Positions 10,376 to 22,666 of a stretch of 64,000 bases of DNA are shown here, one piece after another. The notes beneath the pieces are model-generated. The model made no database searches. It worked only from the letters and a program-made list of their open reading frames with translations, and was not told the DNA's origin. The stretch's first letter is position 1. Each line of letters begins with the position of its first letter. The position numbers were made by a program, and so were the translations under genes. Origin of the DNA: Octopus sinensis (Eukaryota); contig NC_043008.1 of NCBI RefSeq assembly GCF_006345805.1, positions 57,846,001 to 57,910,000 of the forward strand, given 5' to 3'.

Positions 10376-13207
10376 TCATAAATTTTGACAAGTAAATGTG
10401 TATAGTTGACCATTTAAAGTTGCTGTTGTAAGTTGTGGAATGAAAGGGTGGTAGGCAACATCTGTTACCACATCAGAATGTCTAGTTAACCTTGTACAAC
10501 ATCTTCCTTCTCTCACATCATATAAATAAGCAGTATAGTCTTCTGATCCGGCTAGGACATATTGACCACAAGGACTGAAAACGGCTCGGCAAGTATAAGC
10601 CCGATTGCAGTGTTGTTCTAGTTTGCGCACACACTGGCCCGACCTTAAATCCCACAGTTTAACAGAGTCAGTGAGAGCAGCACTCAAAACTAAATCGTAG
10701 GCATTTGGTGGTAATGAGAGATAAGATGAGCCTGAATTCATGGCTAAACAGTACGGAACTGTTGGATGGACATTTGTAATCAGTTGAATTATTTGACCAA
10801 CATTCATATCATAAACTGAAACTGACCGATTTGTTGTGCAGCAAAGCACTACATAAGAATAGAAAGCATTAATAGCTGTGAGGTCAGTTATACAGTTACC
10901 ATCTGTTTGGTAGGTTCCGACTGATTTGTATTTGCTCTTAGTAATGTAACGTTGCATATCTTCTTTAGTTGAATCTAGATGATATTTGTAAAGATGAAAG
11001 GAATCACTGGCGGCTAATAGTATAAAATTATCCATATAGTAGAACTGTGCTTTCTTAATATCCTTTGTAAAACAACTTGTTTGTTTGTCGCAAGAAAAGT
11101 TGCTTTTTATTTTGGTAAATTTCATCAATGGTACTGGTTTATCCATTTCCCAGACGGCTGCCGATTCATCTGAGGTTGTAACCAGCCACTTGCTATTATA
11201 ACTCCAGTCGACAGAGTTAACAGACTTACTGTGGCCAAGATAACTGGTTGTGTTATTGACCAGTGGTTGTTTTAGCACTACTACTGAGCTGTTGATTGAA
11301 CCGACGGCTAGTTTGCTTCCACTTGGTGATATTCTGATGCATGTTATGGCAGCAGAATTGTCACTGATTTGCAAAGATGTCTTATAGTCAGTTATCTTTT
11401 CTGGATCAAAGTTTTCCTGGATCATTTTCGTTTTGAAATGCGATTTTTTAGGCAAAGGCTTTGATTTAGTTTGAAAATTGTTGGTTTTTGGTGTAAACAT
11501 CGTTTGATGCGTTGGAGATGTTGAATAACCTGAGGACTTCACTTTATTCGTGAATGTGACTTGATGGTCTGTACGTGCTTTGGGTTTGGATTTGGTCTTC
11601 TGGGTCTTTTTAATTTTGCCTACAGGAACAAGTTGTGACTTCAACACAGAAGTTTCCGTCAGTAAAGTGCAAGGATAAATGATGTATTTCCGTGAAGAAA
11701 TATCATCAGACAGTTTTTGTTGGTCATCACCATCCAATAAACATTTAAGCAATAACGAATCATCGTTACTGACTTCATTAAATGTTTCAAAATTCGATTG
11801 CATTCTTGATATATTTAGGTTACTGCTGAAGGAATTTGCTGTTAAAAGTAAAATGTCGTCTTCTGTTTCTACTGGCAGCATTAGGCTCAATGTATTGAGA
11901 TCTCCCAACAGTTCACTGTTGTAAATTTTTAAATCTACTGAAGCAAGGCATTCTAAAGTATAAACATTTAAACAGAGAACAGCATTGTTTGTACCAACTA
12001 CCATTAATGGCGATTCTATTAGCCTTTCATAGTCCATATCACTGTTTGTAAAAAGCGATTTGTTATGGGTTCTTTGACGATATTTTGGTTGAAGCAAATA
12101 TTTTTCTTGTGGTAAATAACATAGAGATAACACCAGGCAGTTACTCTCTACAGAAATGGAAGATAATCCACCGCTATCAACCGCTACACTTTGGTCAACA
12201 CAAGAAGTATGCATCTTCCTAACTATTTCAGAACAATCAACGGACTGTATAATTTTAAATAAAGAGTCTTTTTCAGATTTATTCGATGTAGCATCAGGCA
12301 AAGATAGATTTATAACAACAAGATGACCATTTGAAGTACCAACGATTGCAGTATCTTTTTCCCAATTCAAGCCCAACACGATTGGAACTGCCATCAAATA
12401 AGGCAGATGACCCCTATATAGCACGCGCACAGAGCAGAGATCCCAAACGATATACGACGAATCATCAGATATAGATATCAGGACGTTAACATTACGGTGA
12501 TGAAATTCTATAGCATTTACGCAACATTTGTGAGCTTTTAAAATCTGACACTGTCTCTCAGTATCAGTTAACCAGACTGGTTGATTCCGTGACGATCCTT
12601 CGACGTCTGCGCCGATAAATATCACCAATATATCGGAGTCCAAGCACACAGCAATATATTCATTATGCCAACTAAACACACAGTAAGATATCTCACTGTA
12701 AGACGGTATTATATCGCCGGCATATAACACACAGTTTTCACTGTTTACGAAACACGTGTTCGTCGTCGTAACAGGACTCGATTCTTTTGTCTGGTTTTGC
12801 ACTTGCTGTTCAAGAATATAATCCAAATTCCAAATCATAACACACTGTTTGTTCACGGAACAGAGTAAGCCTGTCTTTGTAGGTAATTCTTGAACATTAC
12901 GTCCCTTTTGCCAAAATGAAGACACGTGTTTTGAGAGAGCTATAACTTTTATCGGTCTCTTGTGTTCTAGCAACAACAAAGGAGGTGTTCTAAGTTGAGT
13001 GTAATCAACCGGTTTACTTGTGCACAGTCGCTCAGTGGTTCTGGAAAATTCTGGAAGCTTCCAAATACCTAACTGAGTTGGAAGAGAGTAAATGGAAGCA
13101 ACATACTGACCGTTAGAAGCTACAGCAAGTTCAGAAGGCAAGACGTTCGTCGCGATACTTGCAAGTGATGTTATATCAAGCGATTTGTTCTTATAATTAC
13201 TAATCAT
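10376..13207 (-). CDS. WDR27: WD repeat-containing protein 27 homolog, single-exon CDS (943 aa)
   Basis: Uninterrupted 2832-bp ORF. It has WD40 repeats (AHKCCVNAIEFHH..LISISDDSSYIVWDL; GHSKSVNSVDWSYNSKWLV; RHSDVVTDVAYHP). It also has motifs recalled as WDR27-specific: KVKSSGYSTSP..MFTPKTN, AQFYYMDNFILLA, YHLDSTKEDMQRY..KSKYK, and a C-terminus VFSPCGQYVLAGSED..AYLYD..QLTTATLNGQL. Confidence 0.92.
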   Translation of the reverse strand: MISNYKNKSLDITSLASIATNVLPSELAVASNGQYVASIYSLPTQLGIWKLPEFSRTTERLCTSKPVDYTQLRTPPLLLLEHKRPIKVIALSKHVSSFWQKGRNVQELPTKTGLLCSVNKQCVMIWNLDYILEQQVQNQTKESSPVTTTNTCFVNSENCVLYAGDIIPSYSEISYCVFSWHNEYIAVCLDSDILVIFIGADVEGSSRNQPVWLTDTERQCQILKAHKCCVNAIEFHHRNVNVLISISDDSSYIVWDLCSVRVLYRGHLPYLMAVPIVLGLNWEKDTAIVGTSNGHLVVINLSLPDATSNKSEKDSLFKIIQSVDCSEIVRKMHTSCVDQSVAVDSGGLSSISVESNCLVLSLCYLPQEKYLLQPKYRQRTHNKSLFTNSDMDYERLIESPLMVVGTNNAVLCLNVYTLECLASVDLKIYNSELLGDLNTLSLMLPVETEDDILLLTANSFSSNLNISRMQSNFETFNEVSNDDSLLLKCLLDGDDQQKLSDDISSRKYIIYPCTLLTETSVLKSQLVPVGKIKKTQKTKSKPKARTDHQVTFTNKVKSSGYSTSPTHQTMFTPKTNNFQTKSKPLPKKSHFKTKMIQENFDPEKITDYKTSLQISDNSAAITCIRISPSGSKLAVGSINSSVVVLKQPLVNNTTSYLGHSKSVNSVDWSYNSKWLVTTSDESAAVWEMDKPVPLMKFTKIKSNFSCDKQTSCFTKDIKKAQFYYMDNFILLAASDSFHLYKYHLDSTKEDMQRYITKSKYKSVGTYQTDGNCITDLTAINAFYSYVVLCCTTNRSVSVYDMNVGQIIQLITNVHPTVPYCLAMNSGSSYLSLPPNAYDLVLSAALTDSVKLWDLRSGQCVRKLEQHCNRAYTCRAVFSPCGQYVLAGSEDYTAYLYDVREGRCCTRLTRHSDVVTDVAYHPFIPQLTTATLNGQLYTFTCQNL

Positions 13208-13311
13208 TTTCCTGAAATATCTCAGTTAATATATTTCCATCGGTGTCACAAGAGAAAACAATTTTATTGAACGGAGTTACGTTCTAACTAAACCGATAAA
13301 AGTTTATCTTT

Positions 13312-13324
13312 GTTGCTAGGCGAC
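13312..13324 (-). promoter_or_regulatory. RFX X-box upstream of WDR27
   Basis: The minus strand reads GTCGCC-T-AGCAAC, an exact match to the RFX consensus GTNRCC(N0-3)RGYAAC, 105 bp upstream of the WDR27 ATG. Confidence 0.6.
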
Positions 13325-14401
13325 GCCGTGAAAACAAAAATTGCCTCCCTTTATACAGCTTCAATCAATGACAGGAAGTAAGGCAAGCGTGACTGACAGC
13401 TGGCTCAGGGCTTCATAATAATTAGTCTACCTATTTTCTAGCATAAAATATCCTACCTTTGAGTGGGATATTTAGCTTTCTTTTTAAGAGGGAAATTAAA
13501 TACAAAGAAAGAGAGTTAGAGAGAGGTGTGAAAAATATAGAAAAGTACTTCAGTAGGTAAAGAAAAGTTTGAAACTTTGTATATGATAATTAAAAAAAGA
13601 AAAGAAAGATATATGATTATTGTACGAATCATGACACGTTCGAAAGGGAACTCTTTTGTTATATTTATTTGAAATACATTGCTTTTCTTTCAATTATTTC
13701 GAAAGTAACAAAATTGATAAAAAATGTTTTAGGCGGCGAGCTGGCGGAAACGTTAGCACGCCGGGCAAAATGCTTAGCAGTATTTCGTTTTTGGATTTGG
13801 TTTGCAAGATTCTTTATATGAGTTTGTGTGTTGAAGCATATTCTGTTGTTTCTAGGGAGAGTATTTTTCTTTTTGTGCCTTATAATTTAAAATTTTCGTT
13901 GCATCTTACAACCTTTTCAATAGTTGACTATTGAAAAGGTTGCCAAGACGCAACGAAAATTTTAGGAAAATAAAAATTAGAAAAAAAAAGTGGAAATTTT
14001 ACCGGTGAGTGTGTTACATTATAAGGCACAAAAAGAAAATTACTCTCCCTAGACACAGCAGTCTGCCGTTACGTTCTGAGTTCAAATTCTGCCGAGGTTG
14101 ACTTTGCCTTTCATTCTTTCGGGGTCGATAAATTAAGTACCAGTTACGCATGGGAGTCGATGTAAGCGACTTAATCCCTTTGTCCCCTCTATGTTTAGCC
14201 CCTTGTGGGCAATTAAGAAATAATAATCATTAGCACGACGGACAAAATGCTCAGGGGCATTTCATCCATTTTTATGCTCTGAGTTCAAATTCCGCTGAGG
14301 TCGATTTTGTCTTTCATCCTTATTTTATCGACTTCATCTAGAAGTCGATAAAATAAGTAAGAGTATGGATGACAATGTAATCAGACAAGCTCACCCGTGT
14401 A

Positions 14402-14619
14402 GGGTACAACTTAAGAAGCTAGCTAGTCGTGACCAGTCGATCTTACAACGACTACCTAGCAAAGTAAATAAAACGCAAAATAAATAATTTTTTTACCCTA
14501 AGTAAATAATTTTTGTTAAACAAAGTAAATAAAACACAAAAACACAAAGTAAGGATCGACTAGTCATGACTAGCTAGCGCGAGTACGCGCACCGGGACCA
14601 CTGTTCTTAAGTAGTACCC
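14402..14619. repeat. Short imperfect foldback (possible MITE)
   Basis: GGGTACAACTTAAGAA-GCTAGCTAGTCGTGACCAGTCGATC-TTAC pairs with 14549-14619 (25-nt insertion in the right arm); A-rich centre; no TSD seen. Confidence 0.5.
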
Positions 14620-15349
14620 CCTTGTGGGTATGCCCAACTTTCCTTAGATTTAAAATAACTAAAAATTACGAATTTTGTCAAGGAAGTTACTCAAAATCAG
14701 TTTTGCTGCGACACGTTCTCCAGCTCCACTCTTGTTGCAACGGCTGCAAATCCGGGTGTCGCCGCCCATAACCGCAGAGGAGAGAAAAATCAATAAAATA
14801 CAAGGTCGCCATCTGTCACCATCGAGATCTCAGGTGTTTTCGGACCCCGCATTGCTGATTTTCTTCGCAAAATCGGGATAAATGCAGTATGTAGGAGAAA
14901 CGAGCCTCGTGAGGTGGGGTGACGCTGGCCATTCTCCTCGGCAACGCCTTTCCAACCATGACCGCAAGGCACGGCTAAACATCCCATTTGTTCTGGGGTG
15001 TACAACCCGTTACTTCTCCTAACCCCTATTTTCAACTGCTTATTTTCACCCCATTTTTTTTTATTTCCCCTTGTTCTTCGCTGAGGCAGTTATGGGTCTG
15101 TCTCTTGATAATTTGATATTTTATACATTTAATGTTTTTACATTTCTGTAAAAATGTTAATAAACTGTTGATGAGTTATTTCCCTTGAACAATGTTTCAC
15201 TAAGCTTTGAGAACACTTTTAAGAAAAGCAACCGGGAACATTCACCCGACTGATTTTCTACCTACTTGATAATTGTAGTACATGCTTAGGCTTACAATGA
15301 CTTATTGTATGAGTCCCAATATATTAGAATGGGTAATATTACAATTTCT

Positions 15350-15917
15350 GGAAAAACTTCCGCCCATCCCCACCCATTTTCTCACAAATTTGTTTATTTA
15401 AAAAAATATTTTTTTGCCAAAAACCTCCGTTTTCGGATACGGAGGTTCCGGAAAATTGCCAAAAATTGGCATTGCTAAATTTTGCCACCCTTTCCCCTCC
15501 AAATTCTTCAATTTTGACTTTTTCCCCAACACTAACCCTAACCCTAAAACTCTAACCATAACCCTAAAACCCTGACTCTAACCGTAACTACAGAAATGTT
15601 TTGAAATTTTTGTCTGAATCATAATGTCCGTATTTTTCTGCATATTTAACTAAAAAAAAAAAAAAAATTTTACAAAAACTTTTGGAAATTTTTTTCCTAA
15701 TCATAATCTCCGTATTTTTCCGTATGTTTTGAAAAAAAATATTCTGAAGGAAGTAAAAAATGATGGAAATGGGGGTCGGGGTGGTAATTTAGAAATGCCG
15801 ATTTTTGCCAATTTTTTTGCAGATTTGTATCCCCTGTAGCCGAAAAGTGGGGTTTGTGTAAAAAAAAAAAAAAAGGTCGTTTTTTTGAGGGGTGGGGTGA
15901 CGGGCGGAAGTTTTGCC
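15350..15917. mobile_element. MITE M5 (TIR GG(A/C)AAAACTTCCGCCC), Merlin-type
   Basis: GG termini; near-perfect 8-bp TSD CAATTTCT/CAATTCCT; internal CCCTAA-like array at about 15530-15585. Confidence 0.75.
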
Positions 15918-16521
15918 CAATTCCTATTCTGTTCACTGTGTTATGTTAAGACGAAAGCCAACCTGGATCGAACAGTTCTATGATAAATATTGGGTATACC
16001 TAAACAAGCATTCCCCAACTGATTTTGTTTCTTCATAACTTTCAGAAACATCAGTATTTTTTAATGAAATTTTCTTCTATACCTTTAAGGTGGTGTAGAC
16101 TGCCATTACATCAAAATTTAATGTGTGTATGTATGCTTTTGGGGGTGGGGATTGTGGCTGCGCATGCATAGATATTGACACATTGCTTGTTATCAAAATT
16201 TCAAGTTTCATTATGTAAATATATATATTTCTTTAGTGCCCACAAGGGGCTAAACAAGGACAGACAAATGGATTAAGTCGATTACATCGACCCCAGTGCG
16301 TAACTGGTACTTATTTAATCGACCCCGAAAGGATGAAAGGCAAAGTCGACCTCGGCGGAATTTGAACTCAGGATGTAACCGCAGACGAAATACCTACTTT
16401 TTTACTACCCACAAGGGACAAACAAGGACAGACAAACGGATTAAGTCGATTACATCGACCCCAGTGCGAAACTGATGTGTGACAGTATGTGTGTGTGTAC
16501 GCGCTCACAAATTTTTGAGTG

Positions 16522-16615
16522 TAGGACAAAAGTCCCCTAGGACAAAAACCCTCTTGGACAAAGCCCCTCAGACAAAAGTGCCATAATTAAAATGTGAAAG
16601 TGGACAAAAGCCCCA
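16522..16615 (+). repeat. Short tandem GGACAAAAGNCCC motif, about 5 copies
   Basis: ggacaaaagtcccc / ggacaaaaaccc / ggacaaagcccc / agacaaaagtgcc / ggacaaaagcccc. Confidence 0.6.
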
Positions 16616-16939
16616 CAGTTATATTTTTCAGTTATATTTTGGTTTTTTTCATCTTTTACTTGTTTCAGTCACTAGACTGTGGCCATGCTGGGGCACCACT
16701 TTGAAGAATTTTTTGGTGAATGTATCGACGCCAGAATTGTTTAAAATTTTTACTTGTTGCAGTTATTAGACTGCGGCCATGCTGTTATTTATGACATATT
16801 TCATATCAGTTACGTTCGTATGAATAAAAGATTATCGTTATTAAACTTTTATTAATAAACACATATTCTAAGTTCACAACATATGCAGTTTTAATTTTCC
16901 TCTCTGTTGCACAGATACACACATTACATATTATATAAT

Positions 16940-17446
16940 TGTTTAAGAAACAGATTGGGTTTATTTACATTTCTGAAGAAAAAAGACAGCCTTCCCCCAC
17001 CCCTAACCCTAACCCTAACCCAACCCTAACCCTAAAACAGATAGAAATGTAATAGATCGATACTAGGGTCATAATTATGGGTGGACACTAAAGAGGGAAC
17101 GGTTTTGTTATCCAGCTCTGTTTACGAGTGACCCCTCAGTTTATGGCCACAAGGTATCTTCTTTCTCATAAATAACAGTGACAGGTTGATATGACACCGC
17201 CAGAAAGTGTTGTCGACAAAATACGGCAGATATTGTATTCACCTCAATAGACGTCATTGATTGGTTGAAATTGCCGAAATGGAAGAAATTAAACAACAAA
17301 TAGCTTATACAAACTACAGAATTTTCTCAAGAAAGCCAAGAGAAAAATATGTTTTATGTAACATATTCTACCAGTATACGAAGTTTAAAAGTGTTTAGTT
17401 ACAAAGAAATTATTTTAAAAATCTGCCGGTCAAAGTGAAAAGATCC
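16940..17446. mobile_element. MITE M4 variant, right part only
   Basis: Shares the M1 interior and (CCCTAA)n at 16999-17033; ends CCGGTCAAAGTGAAAAGATCC. No left TIR found. Confidence 0.7.
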
Positions 17447-19896
17447 AGGGACCTATTTTCCATTACATTTCAGATAGATTGCTGAAGCAGAACTATCATT
17501 ATTGCAAATATTCTGCTGAATACCACAGATTTGCTTTTCAGTTGCTTGACGTTAACCACTTGAGAGCTTGTCCCTTGATGGCTGACAATATGTACATCTC
17601 TGATCATGAGCAGGAGTAATGGGGGAGCATCATAGCCATGTGTTGAGAGGGATTCTTCGGGGTTTGAATTAATATTGTAACAAAAGCAAAGTTTGAAGGA
17701 AATCATCATCATCATCATCATCGTTTAACGTCCGCTTTCCATGCTAGCATGGGTTGGACGATTTGACTGAGGACTGGCGAACCAGATGGCTGCACCAGGC
17801 TCCAATCTGATCTGGCAGAGTTTCTACAGCTGGATGCCCTTCCTAACGCCAACCACTCCGAGAGTATAGTGGGTGCTTTTACGTGCCACCAGCATGGGGG
17901 CCAGTCAGGCGGTACTGGCAACGGCCACGCTCAAATGGTGTTTTTTATGTGCCACTTGCACAGGAGTCAGTCCAGCGGCACTGGCAACGACCTCACTCGA
18001 ATGTTTTGTTCACGTGCCACCGGCACAAGTGCCAGTGAGGCGACGCAGGTAACGATCGCGCTCAAATGGTGCTTTTTATGTGCCACCGGCAGAGGCCAGA
18101 CAGCTGCTTTGGCAGCGATCCCACTCGGATGGAGCTGTTAGCGCTCTACTGGCACGGGTACCAGTCATCGAATTTGGCTCAATAGCCATTTAAAAAAAAA
18201 TACTTTCTAGGAGAAAGCAAATGGGAAATAACAGTTGCTACCCAAGGATAAAAATAGTATTACGCAATGTAATGCATAGATACAAGCGATTACATAAGGC
18301 ATTATGCATTAATAGTAAACAGGATAAAACGCAAAATAGCAGAAATGAACAGAAAAAGAACCATAAAAAGCAGTAAGAGTGCAGAGGCATTTATTGATAT
18401 TCAGTCAAATGCTCAACTACTGAGGTATATTCTCTTTACATAAAGTTATTTCTGTTGTTTTTTTTTCTCTCTCATGTAAACAATACTAACATTCTACGTA
18501 ATTAATTTCATTAACTGCCAGGATTTTGTCTGTTGGCAGATTAATCTATCGAACGGTTCCTGAAATAACCAAAAACCAACTTTTTCACCTCACACAGAAA
18601 CGATGTTCGACGATGGACCAAAAGCCTCTGAATGAAGCCTACTCGTAATCACTAAACCTGCTAGAAATAGCAGTCAAAGTCTATCAGATTATCGTGCAGC
18701 ATATTAAAGAAGCAGAAAAAGGAAGGACATATTGAATAATGTAGTTTTAGATAAACACAAAGACTGGATGGTGATGGTTACAGCTTTGGCTATAGATCAA
18801 AAGTGACCTGAGACTAAACGGTAGCAACAACGATGTCTGATAATTTGTTGGTAAAAGTAACATATGAAGAGAGGTGCTGTTGTTTAACCCTAGGTGAGTA
18901 CCGATTAAGTGGATATATGATCAAAGACATTCCAGATATACCCAACACACTTATTTTCAGATATAGTATATCGAAGACTATATTATCCAATGGTTCTGTT
19001 ATCTTTTTTGTTTAGCCTTTTAGATGGTAGGATGTTATTTAAGGAAGATATTTGGCTCCAGTTTCTAGCGATCCGAGCTATCACATAGAGGTTGCTCTAT
19101 TGGTTCGCATGGACAGAGTCGTAGTTTGTGGGGATGTTGCTACTGCTGTTGTCTTCTTCTTCTTCTTCCAATCAGGGCTCATGCCATTAGCCACAAAGAA
19201 TAATCTCTAATTCGAGCCTACTCTAAGCTACTAAGAATGTGTGTGGTAAGTTGAAGATCTACCCACCACACACGATAGACTGACAGTTGCACGGGCGCGA
19301 AAGCTATGTTGTTATCCTCATTCTGTAAACGGTGGCTTTTAACGGATGGAGAGCTAAACCATCCTGGGGTACAGAGGATTCGCAATCTAGACTAGGGTCT
19401 GAAAGTTTACCACACCATAGTGAATTACACCATGGTTCCTCTGCTATGTGGCAGAAGTAGGAAGAAAGAGTGAGAGAAAGTTGTGGTTAAAGAGTACAGC
19501 AGGGTTCACCACCCCTCCCTGCCGAAACCTCATGGAGCTTTGATGTTTTTCCTCAATAAACACACACAAAGCCCGGTCTGGGAAGCGAAACCGCGTTCTT
19601 ACGACCGCGAGTCCGCTGCCCTAACCACTGGGCCATTGCGCCTCCACTGTTGTTGCTGTTGTTTACCTCCCGGTCAGACCTTATCTGGCAGATCTATGAT
19701 CAAAGGATTTCAGCCTCGATCATATTTTGTTTTCTTCAGGGTCTCCAGTAGGGCTGAATTAAGACCCATTGAGGCCCTAAGTACTTAAAAAGATTTTGGT
19801 GCCTCCGAGAGAATCGTAGTTGATGGGTATGTTGTCACTGTTTTGTTGTTGTTTGCCTCCTGGTTAGACCTTGTCGGGGGATATGTTAAAAGATTT

Positions 19897-20305
19897 GGAT
19901 CTTTTCGGTTTGAATGGCAGTTTTTTCTAGCGGTGTCATATGAAATTGTCACCCATAATTATGACCCTAGTATCGATCTATTGCATTTCAATCTATTTTA
20001 GGGTTAGGGGTGGGGGGAAGGGTATCTTTTTTCTTCAGAAATGTAAATAAACCCAATCTGTTTCTTAAACGAGGGACATATTCATACGACACAGAATGTT
20101 TTCACCTCAATAGACGTCATTGATTGGTTGAAATTGCAGAAATTGAAGAAAAAAACAACAAATATCTTACAAACCATAGAATTTTCTCAATAAAGCCAAG
20201 AGAAAAAGATGTTTTATAAACACATTCTACCAGTATATGAAGTTTAAAAGTGTTTAGTTACATGGAAATTATTTAAAAAAACTGCCGTTCAAACCAAAAA
20301 GATCC
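19897..20305. mobile_element. MITE family M1 (TIR GGATCTTTTCGGTTTGAACGGCAG), Merlin-type
   Basis: TIRs at both ends; 8-bp TSD AAAGATTT; internal TTAGGG motifs. Confidence 0.9.
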
Positions 20306-22666
20306 AAAGATTTCAGTCACGATCACTCGGGAACATGGGTGCAGGGGTTGCAAGTGCACATCCAAAAATTTTTGTGGGGCAATGAAAATGCTTTGAACAT
20401 TCAATGTTGGTCTTGTGTTTGCACCCCTAAGCAAATTTTGTCCCTGCACTTATCGCCGAACAAGTCATTAATGAAGGATTTATGGTCCTTCCATAACCCG
20501 TACAGCATAGGAACATCATAGCTGAATGCTTGGAAACTTTGTGTGGTTCATTTTTTGGGCTAGAGAATGTTGCATTACGTTCCCATGTGTGCATTGAGAA
20601 GTTTCTCTGTTCGTTCATCTTCTTGTGGTGCAACCTCTCTCAAGTTACCTATGTGTTGTAAGGTCCGGACATAATTCTGTAGGCTGATTACTGACATTCT
20701 GCTAGATTTATCTGTACAGAGGCACACTATTTATTTCCTTGTTCCTAACTATTTCGGTTTGCAGAACCAATATCTCCAGCAATTACAAGTAATTAAAGAC
20801 CCAACCAAGAAATATTCACCACGACAATGTACGGACAAAAAGAAGTAAAAACTGAGGTAATCCCCATGACACTGAGTTTTACATAACATTTTTTTTTCAT
20901 TTCCCACAAAAGACAAAATAGCTGATGGGCTATCCTTCCCTTCAAGACACCAAGATAATAGCGATCAGCTGCTATCCTTCAGAGTGTCATACCAGTTGCG
21001 TACTAGGGTCGATCAAATCGACTGGCTCTTTCCCCCAAAATTTCGGGCCTTGTGCCTAGAGTAGAAAAGAATATATTTCTTGACAAGAAGGCGGCGAGCT
21101 GGCAGACATGCTAGCACGTCGGATGAAATGCTCAGCAGTATTTCACTTGTCTTTACGTTCTGAGTTCAAATTCCGCTCAGTACGACTTTGCCTTTCATCC
21201 TTTTGAGGTCGGTAAATCAAGTATCAGTTGTGAACTGGGGTCGATCTAATCCACTGGCCCCCTCCCCCAAAATTTCGGGCCTTGTGTCTAGAGTAGAAAA
21301 GAATATTAGCTGTTTCGAAGACAGTAAGCTGGCAGAAACAGGTGAAATGCCTAGCGGTATTTTGTCTGTCTTTACATTCTGAGTTCAAATTCCGCTGAGG
21401 TCGAATTTGCCTTTCATCCTCTTGAGGTTGATAAAATAAGTACCAGTTGCATACTGGGGTTGATCTAATCGATTTACCCCTCCCTTGAAATTGATGGCCT
21501 TGTGCCAAAATTTGAAATCAGTATTTGTTTTGATAAGGCAAGGCAGTGAGCTGGCAGAGTCATTAGCATGCCAGGCAAAATTCTTAATGACATTTCATCT
21601 GTCCTCGTGTTCTGAGTTCAAATTCCACCGAGGTTGGCTTTGTCTTTCATCCTCTAGAAATTGATGAAATAAGTACCCATTGCGCATGAAGGTTGATGTA
21701 ATCAACTCGACCCTTCGCCGAAACTTCTGGCATTGTGCCAAAATTTGAAACCAATATTTCTTGATAAGCCTCCCCCAAAGTGTTTCAATGGCGGGAAATA
21801 CATTCTCTGAGAGAGTGACTATTGCAAAATACTTTATCAACGACTGACCTCAAGTTGATGTATGAAGAACAAAATTGGAATTTTGAAATAAGTATCAATC
21901 AAACGAGAATTTCAGTTGCTTAAAATGTAGAAAAGAATATCTTTTAATTAAAGAAAAATATAATAGGATCAAAAATAGTCGTAGGTGTGGCTGTGTGGTA
22001 AGAAGTTTGTTCAGTCCCACTGTGTGGTACCTTGAGCAAGAGTCTTCTACTATAGCATTGGGCCAACCAAAGCTTTGTGAGTGGGTTTGGTAGATGGAAA
22101 CTGAAAGAAACTCATTATGTGACTGCATGTGTATCGTTGGTGATTTTTTTTTCCTCCGTCTTCCCTTCCTTGGATCTTTCCTTTTCCTATGTTTTGGATG
22201 AAGAGCTCCGCTCGAAACGTTAAATTCCCCCTTCTTCCTTTCCTTTCCTGAGCGTCCAATAACACTATACTTGTTTCACATCCTCGTGTTGTGTTTTCTC
22301 TTTGTGTTTTCATGTTTGGATTAACTATCCTTAAATCCTTAAAAATGTTTTAGCCTGAAGGCCGCGGCCATGCTGGGGCACCACATATATATATGTGTGT
22401 GTATGTGTGTGAGTGTGTGTTATATTTATTCATTTTTCAATGTACAGAAAACAAAAGACGAAGACAAGTGAGGGAACAACATGCATGTGTTTTAGCTTGT
22501 ATTTATGTGTGTGTATGTGTTTATTTGTCCCCTACCACTGCTTAACAACCCGTGTTGGTGTGTTTACATCCCCATAACTTAGCAGTCTGGCAAAAGTAAC
22601 CGATATAATAAGTACCAGCTTTAAAAAAAAAACAATACAGGGGTTGATTCATTCGGCTAAAAAGTC

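Noticed and set aside
14881-15022. MQYVGET.. resembling a GIY-YIG motif
   Set aside because: Downstream R..EH and N motifs are absent; the ORF is short and the match is probably chance.
16522-16615. Short spaced repeats as a CRISPR-like array
   Set aside because: Eukaryotic context; the repeats are degenerate and only 13-14 bp, with spacers of a few bases.
18833-18899. MSDNLLVKVTYEERCCCLTL|GTGAGT as an exon
   Set aside because: Preceded by a SINE tail rather than an acceptor or promoter; insufficient support.
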